From the NCBI RefSeq assembly GCF_964204645.1, contig NC_134036.1, forward strand, positions 9,403,859 to 9,467,858: a stretch of 64,000 nucleotides of DNA, read 5' to 3'. This document shows positions 37,520 through 50,615 of this stretch, in pieces. Every line of letters begins with the position of its first letter. Within the stretch, counting starts at the first letter, position 1. Origin of the DNA: Tubulanus polymorphus. Taxonomy: Eukaryota > Animalia > Nemertea. Both the position numbers and the translations under genes were made by a program. Below the pieces are notes generated by a model. It saw nothing but the letters and a program-made list of their open reading frames with translations. It made no database searches and was not told where the DNA came from.

Positions 37520-38349
37520 GATTCACGAGAATTAACTCAGTTCGGTATGCTCCAGATCTGTTCACTACACGCATTATAGCGATGTAACTGTTAAACTGCA
37601 TTTGAGTTGAATTCATGATTCGATTAAGTGTCAGAGGTGTGTGGACTGATTGAATCAATAGACTGACGCTACGTGCAAGCCATGACGTACATTCATTTAC
37701 GCACACAATTTATTGTTCGCATCAAATGAAAATGAATTCTTAGAAAATGAACTCTTAGAAATCTGACTGAAAATATTATAAACCCGTTAGCACTCAAGCC
37801 GCCCGTATCCGCCCAGGTAATACTCCTCAAACCACCCGAATTTGCCCGGCACTTATTCGTATGCTGCACGAAAACGGTCATAGTGGGACTCGGGCCCAAT
37901 CGCTTATGATAAACTAAACACCTAAGTTCTTGAAATACCGAACAAAAATCAACATTCTCCTATTTCAATTTCTCGAGTATTTAAAATTTGAACATGACAC
38001 ATCTGAGAGCTCACTTCGAATTTAAGTAAGTTTGGATGAATTGCGGGGGGCCAAAAGGACATGATTTTGGTGGCCCGCCTCAGCAATTCTTACATCATAT
38101 GAAAACCTTGACAATTTACTAAAAAATAACACTAACTTATTATGTATGGAAATCGAGATCTCGAATAGAACTCTGCTCCCTCAAGACCGCGGACCTTGTT
38201 GCAGAAAGAAGTGACATTCCTTTAAGTCTGATTTCCCACTCAACTTTTGGCAAGAAGCAGCAGGAATTGGAAAAAAGCGTTTTCATACCAGAGTACGAGA
38301 GTACGACAAATCACTCATCACCACTAGTAATTTTTTCCCTCATAAATGG

Positions 38350-40560
38350 GAGACTGTGAGTACCAGACAGAAAAAATTGATGTTAATAGAAATCAATATC
38401 ATTGTCCATATTGTAAAAAAGTACATCGATGAATCTAATAAATCTCATCATAAAAAAACTGCAAATCATAAAAAAAATGTTATAGATTTTGAAACACCAG
38501 AAAATTCAAATGAAAGAAAAGAACAATTAGAAAATATGAAAAAAGATAAAATTGTAATGTTTGTAATGAAGTTATAGCAAAAAGGAATTATGAAAGACAT
38601 CTCGAATCACAAAAACACCAACACAATTTAAATTAAAATATTTTAGGAACAGAATATTTTGATGATAAACCTCAACCAGTAAAACAACCAGCTTCAAAAA
38701 CTAAATCTATTCAAAATAAACCTTATATGGAAAATGTTAGGAATTATATCCATTCACTAGAAATAAAAGATAAAATTTTAGAAACATTACGTAGTAAATT
38801 TGGTCCTGCGGCTATCATATTTCGATTTTTTAAAGGTACAACAATAGAAGATTATAGTAAATATATTGAAATAAAGGAAAAAATAATGGACTTTGTTACA
38901 GATGTTGAATATCCAAAAATTTGTATTTCTGGAGAAGTAAGTTTTATAAAATCAGAAGAAAAAATGGAGTATAATTTTCAAACATATTCTGAAGAAAAAA
39001 TTTCGGAAACACAAACAAAAGAGAAATTAGAAAAAAAATATTTAATGAATTTGAACGTCATATTGAAGAAAGATATTTTGAGGGTTCTGGTTTAACATTG
39101 AATGAAATTATATTTTTAGATTTAAATATTTGTAATACTTAAAGGAATAAAGCATCTAAAAGTAATACAATTTTAAAAATGATTCAAAATTTTCGAGAGA
39201 AAAGGATGATAAAGCATCATCTTATATCAAATTACCATTTACCGTACAACAAAAGCAGTAATAAATGTTCAAAATGAAGATAATAAACGTTTTCTATGGT
39301 CAATTATTAGTTGTTTACACCCAACAGAAGATATTACGCATAGTTTTAGAGTAACAGATTATCAGAGATATGGAACATTATATAACATTGATCAATATCC
39401 AGTAACTATGAAAATGATTCCTAGAATAGAAAAAGTTAATAACTTAGAAATAAATGTATTCGAATTAATGCAATTACCAGAGACTAAAGGTGAAAATATT
39501 AAAGATTATACATTAGAAGCTTTATATTTAACAGAATATTATGATGATGAAAATGTTATAGATTTATTATATTACAAAAAAGATGAAAATGAACATTATG
39601 TGGTTAAAACAAATAGATTTATTCTTTAGAACAGAAAGTTATTTCAACAATCATCATAAAATTTATCTATGTAGAAAATGTTTGTCTAAATTTATGACTG
39701 AGAATGCATAAAACCTAAAGAATTATGTGATAATAAAGATTTTTGTAAATTAATAATGCCAACAGAAAAAGATTATACGTTGAAATTTACTAATCATAAA
39801 TCTAAAAATATAGTTTCATAGTACAGTAATTTATGGGGATTTTGAATGGTTAAATAAAGAATTAACTGTTCAAAAAAGAAAATAGAAAAGAAATATACAA
39901 CAAAAAGCGAATTTTAAAATCAGTGGATAAAGGAAATGAATTAAACGAAGATACAATTCAAGACCCTCCAATTATAAATGCAATTGAAAAAGTTCATCAA
40001 AGAGCTGCTGCTTATGGAATCTATATAAAATCAAATTATCCTGAATCATATGAAAGTCAATATATGTCTTTTAGAGGTGAAGATGTAGTTAATGATTTTT
40101 GTAGAAAAATAATTTAGGTAGAAAGTGATTTTGCACGATTATTAAATAAAAATAAAAAAATAATTATGACTAAAGGAGATGAAGTTGATTTAATTCATGC
40201 AACTCATTGTTGTTATCGTGAAAAACGTTTTCATTCCTTTGATACAAACTTAAAGATCACGATCATTTAAATTCAAAATATCGTGGAGCTGCTCATGAAG
40301 ATTGTGATTTGCAAATATTAAAAAATATGATTTTAAACTATTAGCTAAGACATCTGAAAATTACATTTCATTTCAATTTGGTTGTTTGATATTTTTAGAT
40401 TCTTATAGATTTTTAGCAAGTTCATTAGATAATCTTGCAAACAGTTTAGATATATGAAGGTGCAATTCCTTATTCATTTTATAAAACACACGATGATTTT
40501 AATGTAACAGAATTATTAAAAGAACAATTTTATGATCAATTAAAAAATGATAAATTGCCC
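38350..40560 (+). pseudogene. Polinton protein-primed DNA polymerase B relic (N-terminal zinc fingers, endonuclease VII-like insert, exonuclease; palm missing)
   Basis: EGSG, KAVINVQNEDNKRFLWSI..LHP, LEINVF, VIYGDFE, DHDHL..YRGAAH..C, FLDSYRFLASSLDNL, PY; many stops and frameshifts. Confidence 0.8.
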
Positions 40561-41230
40561 ACAATAAAATGATTAGAGATAAAGAAATTGATACTTTAGA
40601 AGATGAATTATCTAAAGAAAAATTAAGAATTAAAACAAAATCAAAATCTGATTTAGATCAACAAGTAATTGATGAAATTGAATGTAGACAAATGAATTAC
40701 GTTTAGAAAAAGAAATTGATGATTTAAAATATAATTTAGAATTACAGAAAGAAGAAAAAGATTTATCATTAAAATCATATGATTATAATATTAATAGATT
40801 AAACGTTATTTTTAAAGATTTGTTAATAAAACCAAATTCTGAAATATCATTAAAAGATAGAATAAAATTATTATCTAAATTAGAAGGTATCACAATTCTT
40901 TCAATTCTAACAGCTGTAACTATGATATTTACAACAATAGGTTTAGCTATATCAAATTCATTAAAATCTACACCGAACCCAAATAAATCGGATAAACCTC
41001 CAAGTCATAATTCTACACAAGATAAAGTGAAAGATGGTTAAAAAAATTAGCAAAATATCTATGGGAACTATCTAAAAATCTGCTGCAGCATTACCCGGAA
41101 TTATTGTTAGTTTTGTTTTGAAGTCTGCAGGAAATATTATTAGCTTTGCTGCTGAACATATAATATTATTTCTAATAACAGTTGTTTGCGCAATTATTTT
41201 TGGATTCGTGAATTTGATGAAAAGTAATTT
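40560..41230 (+). pseudogene. Polinton accessory coiled-coil/membrane protein relic
   Basis: LKDRIK..EGITILSILTAVTMIFTTIGLAI..KAAAALPGII..FVLKSAG-like hydrophobic segments. Confidence 0.5.
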
Positions 41231-41243
41231 TATTTCTTAATAA

Positions 41244-41880
41244 ATGGCTAGTGGAAGTGCTATAAATCCTTCTAAGAATTCTAGAATATCTAATGCAATT
41301 AAAGCAGAAAGATCTCATCATATAATTACTCATAATCCATCTAATATTAATCCTGTTGAAACTTTATATGTTAGAATTCCTCGATTAACACAAAATACTT
41401 TTTATGTTTCAAATAGTATTTGTCTATCAGCTGATATAACAGTAACTGGTAATAATAATAATTATGTCGTAGATAATGTTGGGAGATATTTAATTACAAA
41501 ATTAACAATAAAGATCGGTCCGGAGACAATGTTTACATTAGATGATTATGATTTATTTAAGCATTACAAAGATTTATGGTTAGCAAAAGAAAATAGAAAT
41601 AATATGATATTTCAAGTCATCCAATCAAAAAACCAAAATAAATTAAGATCTGAAGCACATAACGCAGTAGTAACTATTTATGGAAGCAAATATAAAATTC
41701 CATGAGACGTTGAGTTGATAAATAATAATGCACCTTTGTATAAATATGCTATACAAGAAGATATTATATTCGAAATAATATTTGCTCCTGTTTATGAAAT
41801 TGTATTATCTAGCGTTGTTAAAGATATGGATTTTAAATTATCAAATATTTGTTTAGAATATGAGACAGAACTGATGAAAA
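41244..41880 (+). pseudogene. Polinton major capsid protein relic (second lineage)
   Basis: G..INP..R..AIKAERSHHIITHNPSNINPVETLYVRIPRL..VVDNVGR..YKDLWL..YGSKYKIP..LSNICLEYE. Confidence 0.7.
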
Positions 41881-41949
41881 CTTAAGATCCACTTAAGATG
41901 TATGGTTCATTAACGACGTAATATTGAAAAGTTGATGACATAACTTGCT

Positions 41950-42420
41950 TTGCCTGTTAGTATACGGCAGGTCATTTTCAAGGATATTTTTGGATCAAAA
42001 TCAGAGTTAGGGTTAGTTCATAGCACAAGCATCAATTTCACTGAACGCTTAGCTTTACTAGAGAACAATTATCCTATGAAAGAGAACGAACATTTTTCCC
42101 CACAATTCAAATCTCATTTTGCAAATATATTGAGAGATCATGGTCTTGTCCCAAAAAACGTTGAATTTTCAGGATATGCTATCTATGATGGCAATAGAGT
42201 TGAATCTCTGAATGCAAAATTAAGAAGATTCACTAATTTTAAGCAGAACGATATTGACCGGTTTGTTACAGAGCTTCAATCAATTGTAAAGTAGCAAAAA
42301 CTTAATGTAGAACAAGCCTATCTGAATCAAGGTGATTGGAGATTGAAAGATCAATCAAAGCGTATTGGTGGAAAGGAGTTCTTCACTTCATCAACCATAC
42401 AGAGGAAAGAAATTCTTACC
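41950..42420 (+). pseudogene. MULE-like DDE transposase C-terminal fragment
   Basis: NRVESLNAKLR..FVTELQSIVK*Q..VEQAYLNQGDWRL. Confidence 0.5.
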
Positions 42421-43879
42421 TCTGTACAGCAGTTACCTGTTAAGATTTCAGCTCCATCTGCCCTATCTACGACAGTACATTTGCCTCGATTGCATTAATC
42501 AGTTTCCTGACCTCATCGCTGCAACCACATTCTGCTGCTCTGTCGGCGCCTTTAATTTCTGTTTGTCACGACCTTGCATTCATAGCTTCTAATATTCATG
42601 CATTCTGCATGCATGCATAGCTTTTTGCTAGCTGTGTGTTTGTTGGGATCAGCGCACCTTTCTAAATGTGACCATTCAACCATAGCGGTCAATTCTATAT
42701 AAGATTTGGTTTAAGCGTCATTCCCCTAGACACGACAAACCCGTCCAGCAGTTAGAACACCGTATTGGGTGTTATATATTAACACATGCTGTTCACGGGC
42801 TAAGTTAAACTATTCTAATATTCATTCATAATAATCATTCCAAGCAAATTGCTTGATAGATAAACCAATGTATTGTACTATCTTCGGATAAATCTTCGTA
42901 TTATAATCAAATAACGTTACCATTGAGACGCACGTTTGGTTTGCAGGGTTTATGACCCTCATAAATGTCAGTAACAGTAACTGTTGTTGTTTTTTAGTTT
43001 GTGGATTATATCCACTCAGATTCGTCAATTGTGTGTGTGTGTCTCGAAACCTCCCGCACTCAAGCTACGTCAGTGAGCGCGGTTAACTTACGGTCGTCAA
43101 CATTCACTATATCATGGGAGGCTCGTCATAGGTTGATCAGTGTGCACACATCAAGATCGCGTCCTACTGGGATACCACCACGGCTCACTACTGGAGAAGT
43201 GTGAACAAACTCTACTCTAATTAACTGTAGAAGTCAAATATTTAGGTCTAAAACTATTTTGTGCCTCAAATTGTAATGTTCGAATCAAGAAGGAACGTTG
43301 CACAACTTTTGATCAAGAATATTCGTACATAATTCACCGAAACAGCTAACCAGATGCCACCAGATACCAGATGCCATGTTTTATAGTAACGAAATAGCTG
43401 TAATTACTTCATCAGCGGTTATATCGTGATTTAAAATATCGTTTTCTTGTGAAGGGGATCATCATAAAATACCAGAGGTAAAAATGCCAGGGATGTAAAC
43501 AAGGAAATATTCACTACATCTGATATTCATAATCAAAATTATAATAACAAACACAAATTATTTGATTTGGTTTATAGTATAAACTGGTGTGGCAAATCTT
43601 AATCATGAACTATTCATTTAATTGTTGATTCGATATTATGAATGACAGGAAATCATTGATCTAAAAGTATATTATATCTAAAATGTGCATTCGCAATTTC
43701 TAATTTCCAATATTCTAAAAATAAGTTTCATCTGAATGTCATTTTGTATAAATGAGACTCGACCTTGTCAAATGGTAGCGTATATATTTTCTCATTTTTT
43801 AATTGCCTAGGGCTTGAGTTTCTTTTGATAAATTATTGAAACGCACTTCAATATCAATTATCTACATCTGTTACCTCAT

Positions 43880-44112
43880 CTTCTATACGGTCGAATGTTG
43901 ACAACGCTTACCTACGCCGAAATTGAGCTAGTAATCCTACACATGGAATCACCCATACGGAATATAATAAACGTGCGCAAGTTCTATCGTCGCTTTTAGA
44001 GCGATTCCGTGCCAGATGGGCAAGTGAATACTTAATCAGTCTGAAAGAACGTTTCATGCCAACTGGAAAACTCCTCAACGTTATAAAAGTCGGTGACGTT
44101 GTCCAGGTGCAT
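43880..44112 (+). mobile_element. Bel/Pao LTR retrotransposon post-integrase fragment
   Basis: LERFRARWASEYLISLKER..IKVGDVVQVH. Confidence 0.7.
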
Positions 44113-44305
44113 TATCGCCGCTATTATTCTCGCGCCTGATCCCGAGGTGCGAATCGCGCAGGTGGTCTATTGAGATGTCGGGCAAGTTTACGGTGCATTC
44201 ATGTTCCAGTCGACATGATACAACAATGGCCCGGTGAACGAGATTCGTATATGAAGGCCGGGCTGACTAAAACAGATTCATTATCGACCAACGCTCTCTC
44301 GATCG

Positions 44306-44364
44306 ATGATGTCCAACGACGACAAGAAGACGCTCTACTCCGAAGCGGTGAAGTCTGAACCGCG

Positions 44365-44396
<32 letters not shown>

Positions 44397-46110
44397 AGTT
44401 CACGGATACGGCGAAGCACCGGCATCACCAGAAGAAAAAAAAGAAATCGACGAAGCTGTCGCCGCGAGCCGAAGCGGAAGACCAGGCCGAGCCGACGATG
44501 CAGTCATCGCCGCCGCATCAGCGATCGATCGTCGCCGAGACTACTCCGCCGCCGCCGCCGCCGCCGCCGCCGCGGGCCACTCCGTCGCCGGCTTAAACCA
44601 TTTACGATCCGCCGGACTCTATCCAGTGGACTCTATCGCCGGAGCGGCCGCCACTAGTATGGAACGCGACGATCTATCGACCGATTGACGACGAAGAAAG
44701 CCGCGAGAGCGCGACGAGCGCCCACCACGGACCATCGGTAAGTCGCGAGCCGGCCCTCCCTCCCTCCCTCCCGTACGTCAGCCGCCGGGCGTTTCCCGAG
44801 TAGTAACGATTCGTTGTTTCCTTGTTTTTCAGAGCGACGTCGACGCGCCGGACGACGGAGGCAGCAGCCTTAGCAGCGGCGGGGAAAGCAGCGTCGATTC
44901 GAACGAGTTTAACGCGCCGCATGTCTTGTTATTCGCGCCGCGCATGCCCGAGGGCGATTTAACGGTAAGTACTCCGCGTTCGGATGGCCGGCCGGGCGGC
45001 GGACGGCGACTACGGTTCGCTTGCTCTATCACTGTCTATCTCTCTCTCGTTTCAGATCGCCGATTATCCAAGGCCGCATCGTACTCGATCGGAGGCCGAG
45101 CTAAGCGACGATACCGACGACGAGTACGATTATTTCGCCAGCGAATATGAAGCGCTGGTCGAAGCCGACCGTACCGCCGAACAGCAAGGCGGGCGAGCCG
45201 CCGATCACCCGGACGACGACGGCGAGATCAGCGACGCGGAGGAGATGGCTCTCAAGAAAGGCAACCCGGGCCGCCGCAAGTCGATCACCACCGGCGGACG
45301 TCCACGCGCCGTGTGTCCGGTCTGCCTGGAGGAGAAAAGCGACGTGCCGCGGCATATAAGGCAGGTCCATCAGCGGGCCGACCTGGCGTTCTATCGCGAG
45401 AATCGTTTACGAAACCTGAAGTCGAAAACGCGCGAGTGTCCACCATGCGGAATTCGGGTAACCAGGCTAGACATACACCTTACCCGACCGACCACTCACG
45501 CCTTGAGAAGAGGGTCGCAACGCTTCCGGCTATGCATGAGCGGCCGACGACCCCGACGACGAGGACGACGCCGACCGAACCAATAACCTCTTGGACGAGG
45601 CGCTGCTCGCTTACAGGTAAGGATCTCTTCGCTCGCTCGTTTCTCTGCCCGCCCTCCCACCCGTCACAGCTCGATCACTCACTCGCTCACTCACCGAATT
45701 GCTTTCTTTTCAGCGAAGCTAAGACCGATCGTGCGTCTGGCGCGATCTATATAGCGCGTTCGGCGGTCGGTAACGTACGATACTAACTAACTCTTCTCTT
45801 TTTCCGTTCGTCTAGTGTAGGATGGTGCCGGAGACGGTGCGTTCTTACCTGATCGGCCTGGAGAAGTTTGTCAGGTGGCTGTCCGGGAGGCCGGAGTTCC
45901 GGCAAGAGATTGGCGTCGACGAAGCCAAGCTAGACAAACTGGCCGACCCGCTGAAAAACGTAAAACGATCGACGTCCGTGGACATCGCCAAACGTTCGCT
46001 CGAGAAGTAAGTATCGGCCGGCCTGCCCGCGCTAGCTCTCATCGTCGTCTCTATCTATTTCGTTCGTTCTTTCTTCGCAGAGCCGCGGACGCCGCCAACG
46101 CCGGACCGTC
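44306..46110 (+). pseudogene. GC-rich multi-exon gene: Pro-rich N-terminus, two C2H2 fingers, YR core-binding-like domain; truncated by EnSpm insertion
   Basis: Short GT-AG introns (~44737-44832, 44966-45055, 45618-45713, ~45770-45820, 46007-46080); CPVC..RHIRQVH, CPPC..LDIHL..H; PETVRSYLIGLEKFVRWL; same architecture as the 50944-53751 gene. Confidence 0.6.
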
Positions 46111-47963
46111 CACACTGTTAAAAATAACTGCAATTTTACAGCAAAATTGTAACAAGATATCTTGTAATGTACATAATTTATGTAAAATTTACAATCACGC
46201 TGTCAATTTACAAAATAGTATTTGACAATTACAGTTTATGCTGTTATTCTCTGTAAATCTACAAGAAATCCTTGTTATGTTACATTACTGATTACAGGCC
46301 AAGTGTTGGCTAAGGTACCATGAGCCATTACTTAAGAAATAATTTTTAATGGTTTGATACAAAGCCACAGAGGGTATTTAAAAAAGATTGTAGTGTAATT
46401 GATTAATATACATCGGTGAATTAATCGTGGGATTCGAACCTCACAACGATACTGAATGAATTTTGGGATTCGAACGTAATGATATTGAACGTCTATTTAC
46501 GGGACTCGAACATCACAGTGAGTAACCTTACTCTCGCTACTGTCGTTGAATAAACACCTGTTGGAAAGCGTGGTAAGCGTGGAAGTGGAAACGTGAAGTG
46601 GATCGAATTAGCATTCGTTTGGATTAAATAAGGATAGATCGAGCAACCTCAGTGTAAGTATATGATGTAGGCCTATGTTGTGATAACAAGTTTAGTTGAA
46701 TTCTCTATATATTTGATAAAACAGTTCTTGTTAAAGAATGAGGCCCAAAAAATTGCCGTGGCTACCACCAACTCTACTCTCTCACCACCACACCAGGGGG
46801 CGTTGAATATTGAATTATATACAATTTGCCTATTTATATTGGTACCTATGAATATTTTCTAACCACAATCAATTACAAAGTTGTAGCTTATGACATGTTG
46901 TATATGTTGAGTTTCAAGGTCATTAGTCCTTGTAGAACTTGTAGGCATATGTCATGGTCCAACCATCATGGGGCGTTGAATATTGAAATTTTCTGTTTGT
47001 TCGGCATTTCAAACCACTTCCCGAGTGGACATGGTGTCCCTGGACCCCTAGCTTATGAAGACGATCATATTTTATCTAGTGCCTTAGTGGAGAATCTTAC
47101 TAAGTTTTGATTAATTTTTTCAGTTTTCCCATGCGATATCAGTGTAAAGAATGTGCATACACGTCTGCCTCGTTGAAGAGATATGTCCAACATTATAGGC
47201 TTCATAGGAATGTCCCTAATTTACTCTTTCCGTGTGGTGTACCAGGCTGTTCTCAGGAATTTAGAAACTATTCAACTTTCAATAGTCATGTATCAACCAA
47301 TCACCTTGAGTATAGAAGGAGAGTTAAACTGTCATGTGTTGATCGAAGTGAAAGAGATAGGCTCATATGCTCTTTCGATTTCTGCGAACAAAATTGTATA
47401 GATGTACTTGAACTTGTTAGTCTTTCAAAGAAAATTTTAATTATGTTGAACCAGTATCAATTCGGTTAGGTGTGAATTCAAATAACAAAGAACAATTTTG
47501 CCATTATGTTCCAATCAAAGACAAATTATCTGCCATGCTCAGTGATAGGACTGTGGTTGATCAGTTGGAAAATTATCATCAGTCAATCAATGAAACTTAT
47601 AGAGATATATTTGATGGAAGTGTTTACAAAAACATTGAGCTATTCCAACGTTTGCAAGTCTCCCTAAAGATTATCTTATATCAGGATTCATTTGAAGTAG
47701 TTAATCCATTAGGGAGTGCAAAGACCAAGCACAAAATTTTAGCAGTTTATTTCAACTCAGCAAATTTCTTGCCTCACCATCATTCTAAGATAGATCCTAT
47801 GCAATTAGTGCTCTTGTGTACCGAAAAGAATGTAAAAGAGTTTGGATTTGATAATGTTCTCAGTGTTTTAGTGAATGATTTAAAAGACCTGGAAACAAAT
47901 GGCATCAGTTATAGGGATGGGAAGATTTTTGGAGCTGTAGTAAATATCACAGGTGACAACCTT
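46111..47963 (+). mobile_element. EnSpm/CACTA (CMC) transposon, left part
   Basis: Starts CACACTGTTAAAAA with TGTAA/TTACA subterminal repeats; C2H2 fingers (47107-47469); transposase YRDIFDG..LYQDSFEVVNPLGS..KHKI..DLKDLETNGI..GDNL. Confidence 0.85.
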
Positions 47964-50615
47964 GCAGTTCCTGAACTTCGCTGAAAAAGCTGAAACACTG
48001 AAACGCTGAATCGCTGAAATAAAAACGCTGAAATTTCAGGGAATTTCCGAAAAACGCCGAAATTTCAGGGAATTCCCGAAAAACGCTGAAATCGTGCTAG
48101 GTACCGACAATACACGTTTTGAAATAATTTCCGGGCCGGTATTCGCTGCCGAGTCCTGAACCGTCTTTTAGTCTCCACCTTCGGTTACAGAGACATGCAT
48201 GGGCAGTATGTGTGGAGTATACTTCTAGAGGGCCACTTGTTGAACAAATTAATTCGCTTGAAATCCGGATTTTTAATGCATGCAGGCAGCATGATGAGGA
48301 AAACCCATTCACAAACCGTGCAAGCCAACTTAAACACTATGCTCAATATTCCAAGAATATGGTTTACTTCTATCGTTCATGTATAAAACAGGATTATAAG
48401 CAACTTTTCTTTTGTCAACACGTTGATGGGCGACGGACTATGGTATTCTCTGAAGGAGGTAAATTAAATTTGACAGCTAGTTATATAAATGATGCAGCTT
48501 TTGGACAAAAGGGATCTAACTAAATTTCTTTTTAATTCACCGTGGAATGAATGGATTGACGCCAATGACATGCAGTAGGCCCCTACTTATAGGTCATACT
48601 AATTAGCGTCAACCAATTAATCTAAATCGGGCAAACCATTCTGGTGGGGCTGTGTTGTGATAATAATAGGTTTTTTTTTTTAAATGACATACCAACTGTT
48701 AGAAAAATGTACCGATTCTTATTTTTAGACTACTACGGTATCTATAAAAGGAGGAGTCATGGATAAAGTTGATTTGCTCAGCTGGACACACTTCTTGTCA
48801 AGTACATCATCTCAAGTACTGGGTGTTTTGTAAGTTTGATTTCAGTATTTATTTACTAAGTGCTGTTCCCTCGGACCTCAGTGCTTTCAAACTAGGCCCA
48901 CCCCATAGGCTATATCTCCAGAGTGTGTTAGCCACTATTCTTTTATTTCCTACTTTAAATGCACTTTTTTTCTATTTTTAGACTCGGGCTAAGAATGTGC
49001 AAATTTGAGATACTGAGAAATCAGATGGCACTAGTTAACTTGAACTGCGAAATTTGCAGCAGGATAGCTTAACGACACAATTTTTAAAAACAAAATGGCT
49101 ATTCGAATGCTATTTCAGTAATAACTTGATTCAACCAGAGAGAAATAAGTCAATTGGGGATGTACAGTACACCCACTTTACTTCCCCGTTTTCCTGGTAC
49201 CAAATTTTTTATCTTATGCTAAGCAATATTCTAAGGTATGCTAGTGAATTTCATTAGAATATAAAGCAATGGAACCAGAATTCAAGCCCGAGTTAAGCGA
49301 ACTATTGATTCTGATATAATGTAAGAACTGATTTCTTTTGTGTATTCTTATCATGTGTTAAGTATTATTTTAAGCTGTTAAATAATATAATTAGACAAAC
49401 GTCAAATTATTGGATCTTTCTTGTTGACTCGTTTAATTTTGTGAGTTTAGAGTTCCAGTCAATCCACAATGTGCAGTGCCTAGCCTTCATCTAGTACTAA
49501 AGCCAAGCCTGTGTATGGGAAAACGTTGTTCGACTCTCATAAGCCAGACAAATCAAAAACTTGCAATACATTGCAGATAGTAGTCTCCAGCAAGTAGACA
49601 GAGAAAGTAAACCAGGTTTTACCCCGTACCCTACCCGGCATCTTCACCTGTCAAGGGATTCGAACCCACTACACTAAAGCTGTTCTCCGAACCGCTTGAC
49701 CTCGAGTCGTTACTAGCCGACCAGAATCAGGTCGGGCCAATCACAGCGCTTGTTACAAACGAAATTTGGCATCTATGGAATTTCCCGGTAAATAGACCAA
49801 TCAGCGAACACGTAGCGAAAACGGAAGTATTGTCGCGTGTTGATATATGACGTCATTCGCTAAAACGCCGGTAATGAAATCGCGCGTCGTGAGGCCAGGG
49901 GGCAGGTGGAAGCGAGTTTGGGAGCGATACTGGTCTCCTGGCAAGCGAGGATGCCTACCCGGGAACGAAAGACACTCCAAGACTCCTTCCTTGAAGAGAT
50001 TGTAGAAATATGGCACCCAATCGTAGTAATGCTAAGTACAGTATACTATGACGGTTGAACCTTTATTCACACCAAAATAGAATCAAAGTAGTCATAAGTT
50101 CCATGATAGCACTTAATTTGGGTTATCAGGTTCAGCCTTACTAGCTGTACTTTCATTCAGCTACTACTTTTGTATGAGACTTGGCAATGATAAGTTGGAA
50201 GAAATCACCAAATATAAGAAAAAATATTGAGAATTAATATTACTGTAATTAAGAATTTATTCAAATGAAGTGATAATTTCATTGTTAGATCGTACCGGTA
50301 TATGCGCATAAAACAAAAAACACATCTAACAATCCACGCAATCCGCAATCGATCAAGTCGAACATGACGACGACCTCAAGGCATGTCTCTGTAACCGAAG
50401 GTAGAGTCTAAAAGACGGTTCAGGACTCGGCAGCGGACACCGGCCCGGAAAGAATTTCAAAACGTGTATTGTCGGTACCTAGCACGATTTCAGCGTTTTT
50501 CGGGAATTCCCTGAAATTTCGGCGTTTTTCGGAAATTCCCTGAAATTTCAGCATTTTTATTTCAGCGTTTCAGCTTTTCAGTGTTTCAGCTTTTTCAGCG
50601 AAGTTCAGGAACCGC
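47964..50615. mobile_element. 2.65-kb non-autonomous TIR element with 235-bp inverted repeats
   Basis: 47964-48198 is the near-perfect reverse complement of 50381-50615, with GCTGAAA subrepeats; no transposase inside. Confidence 0.88.

Noticed and set aside
46428-46512. tRNA-like B-box strings (also ~17899, 49655, 50789, 59608)
   Set aside because: Only GGTTCGAATCCC-like boxes with no cloverleaf; SINE or transposon debris, not tRNA genes
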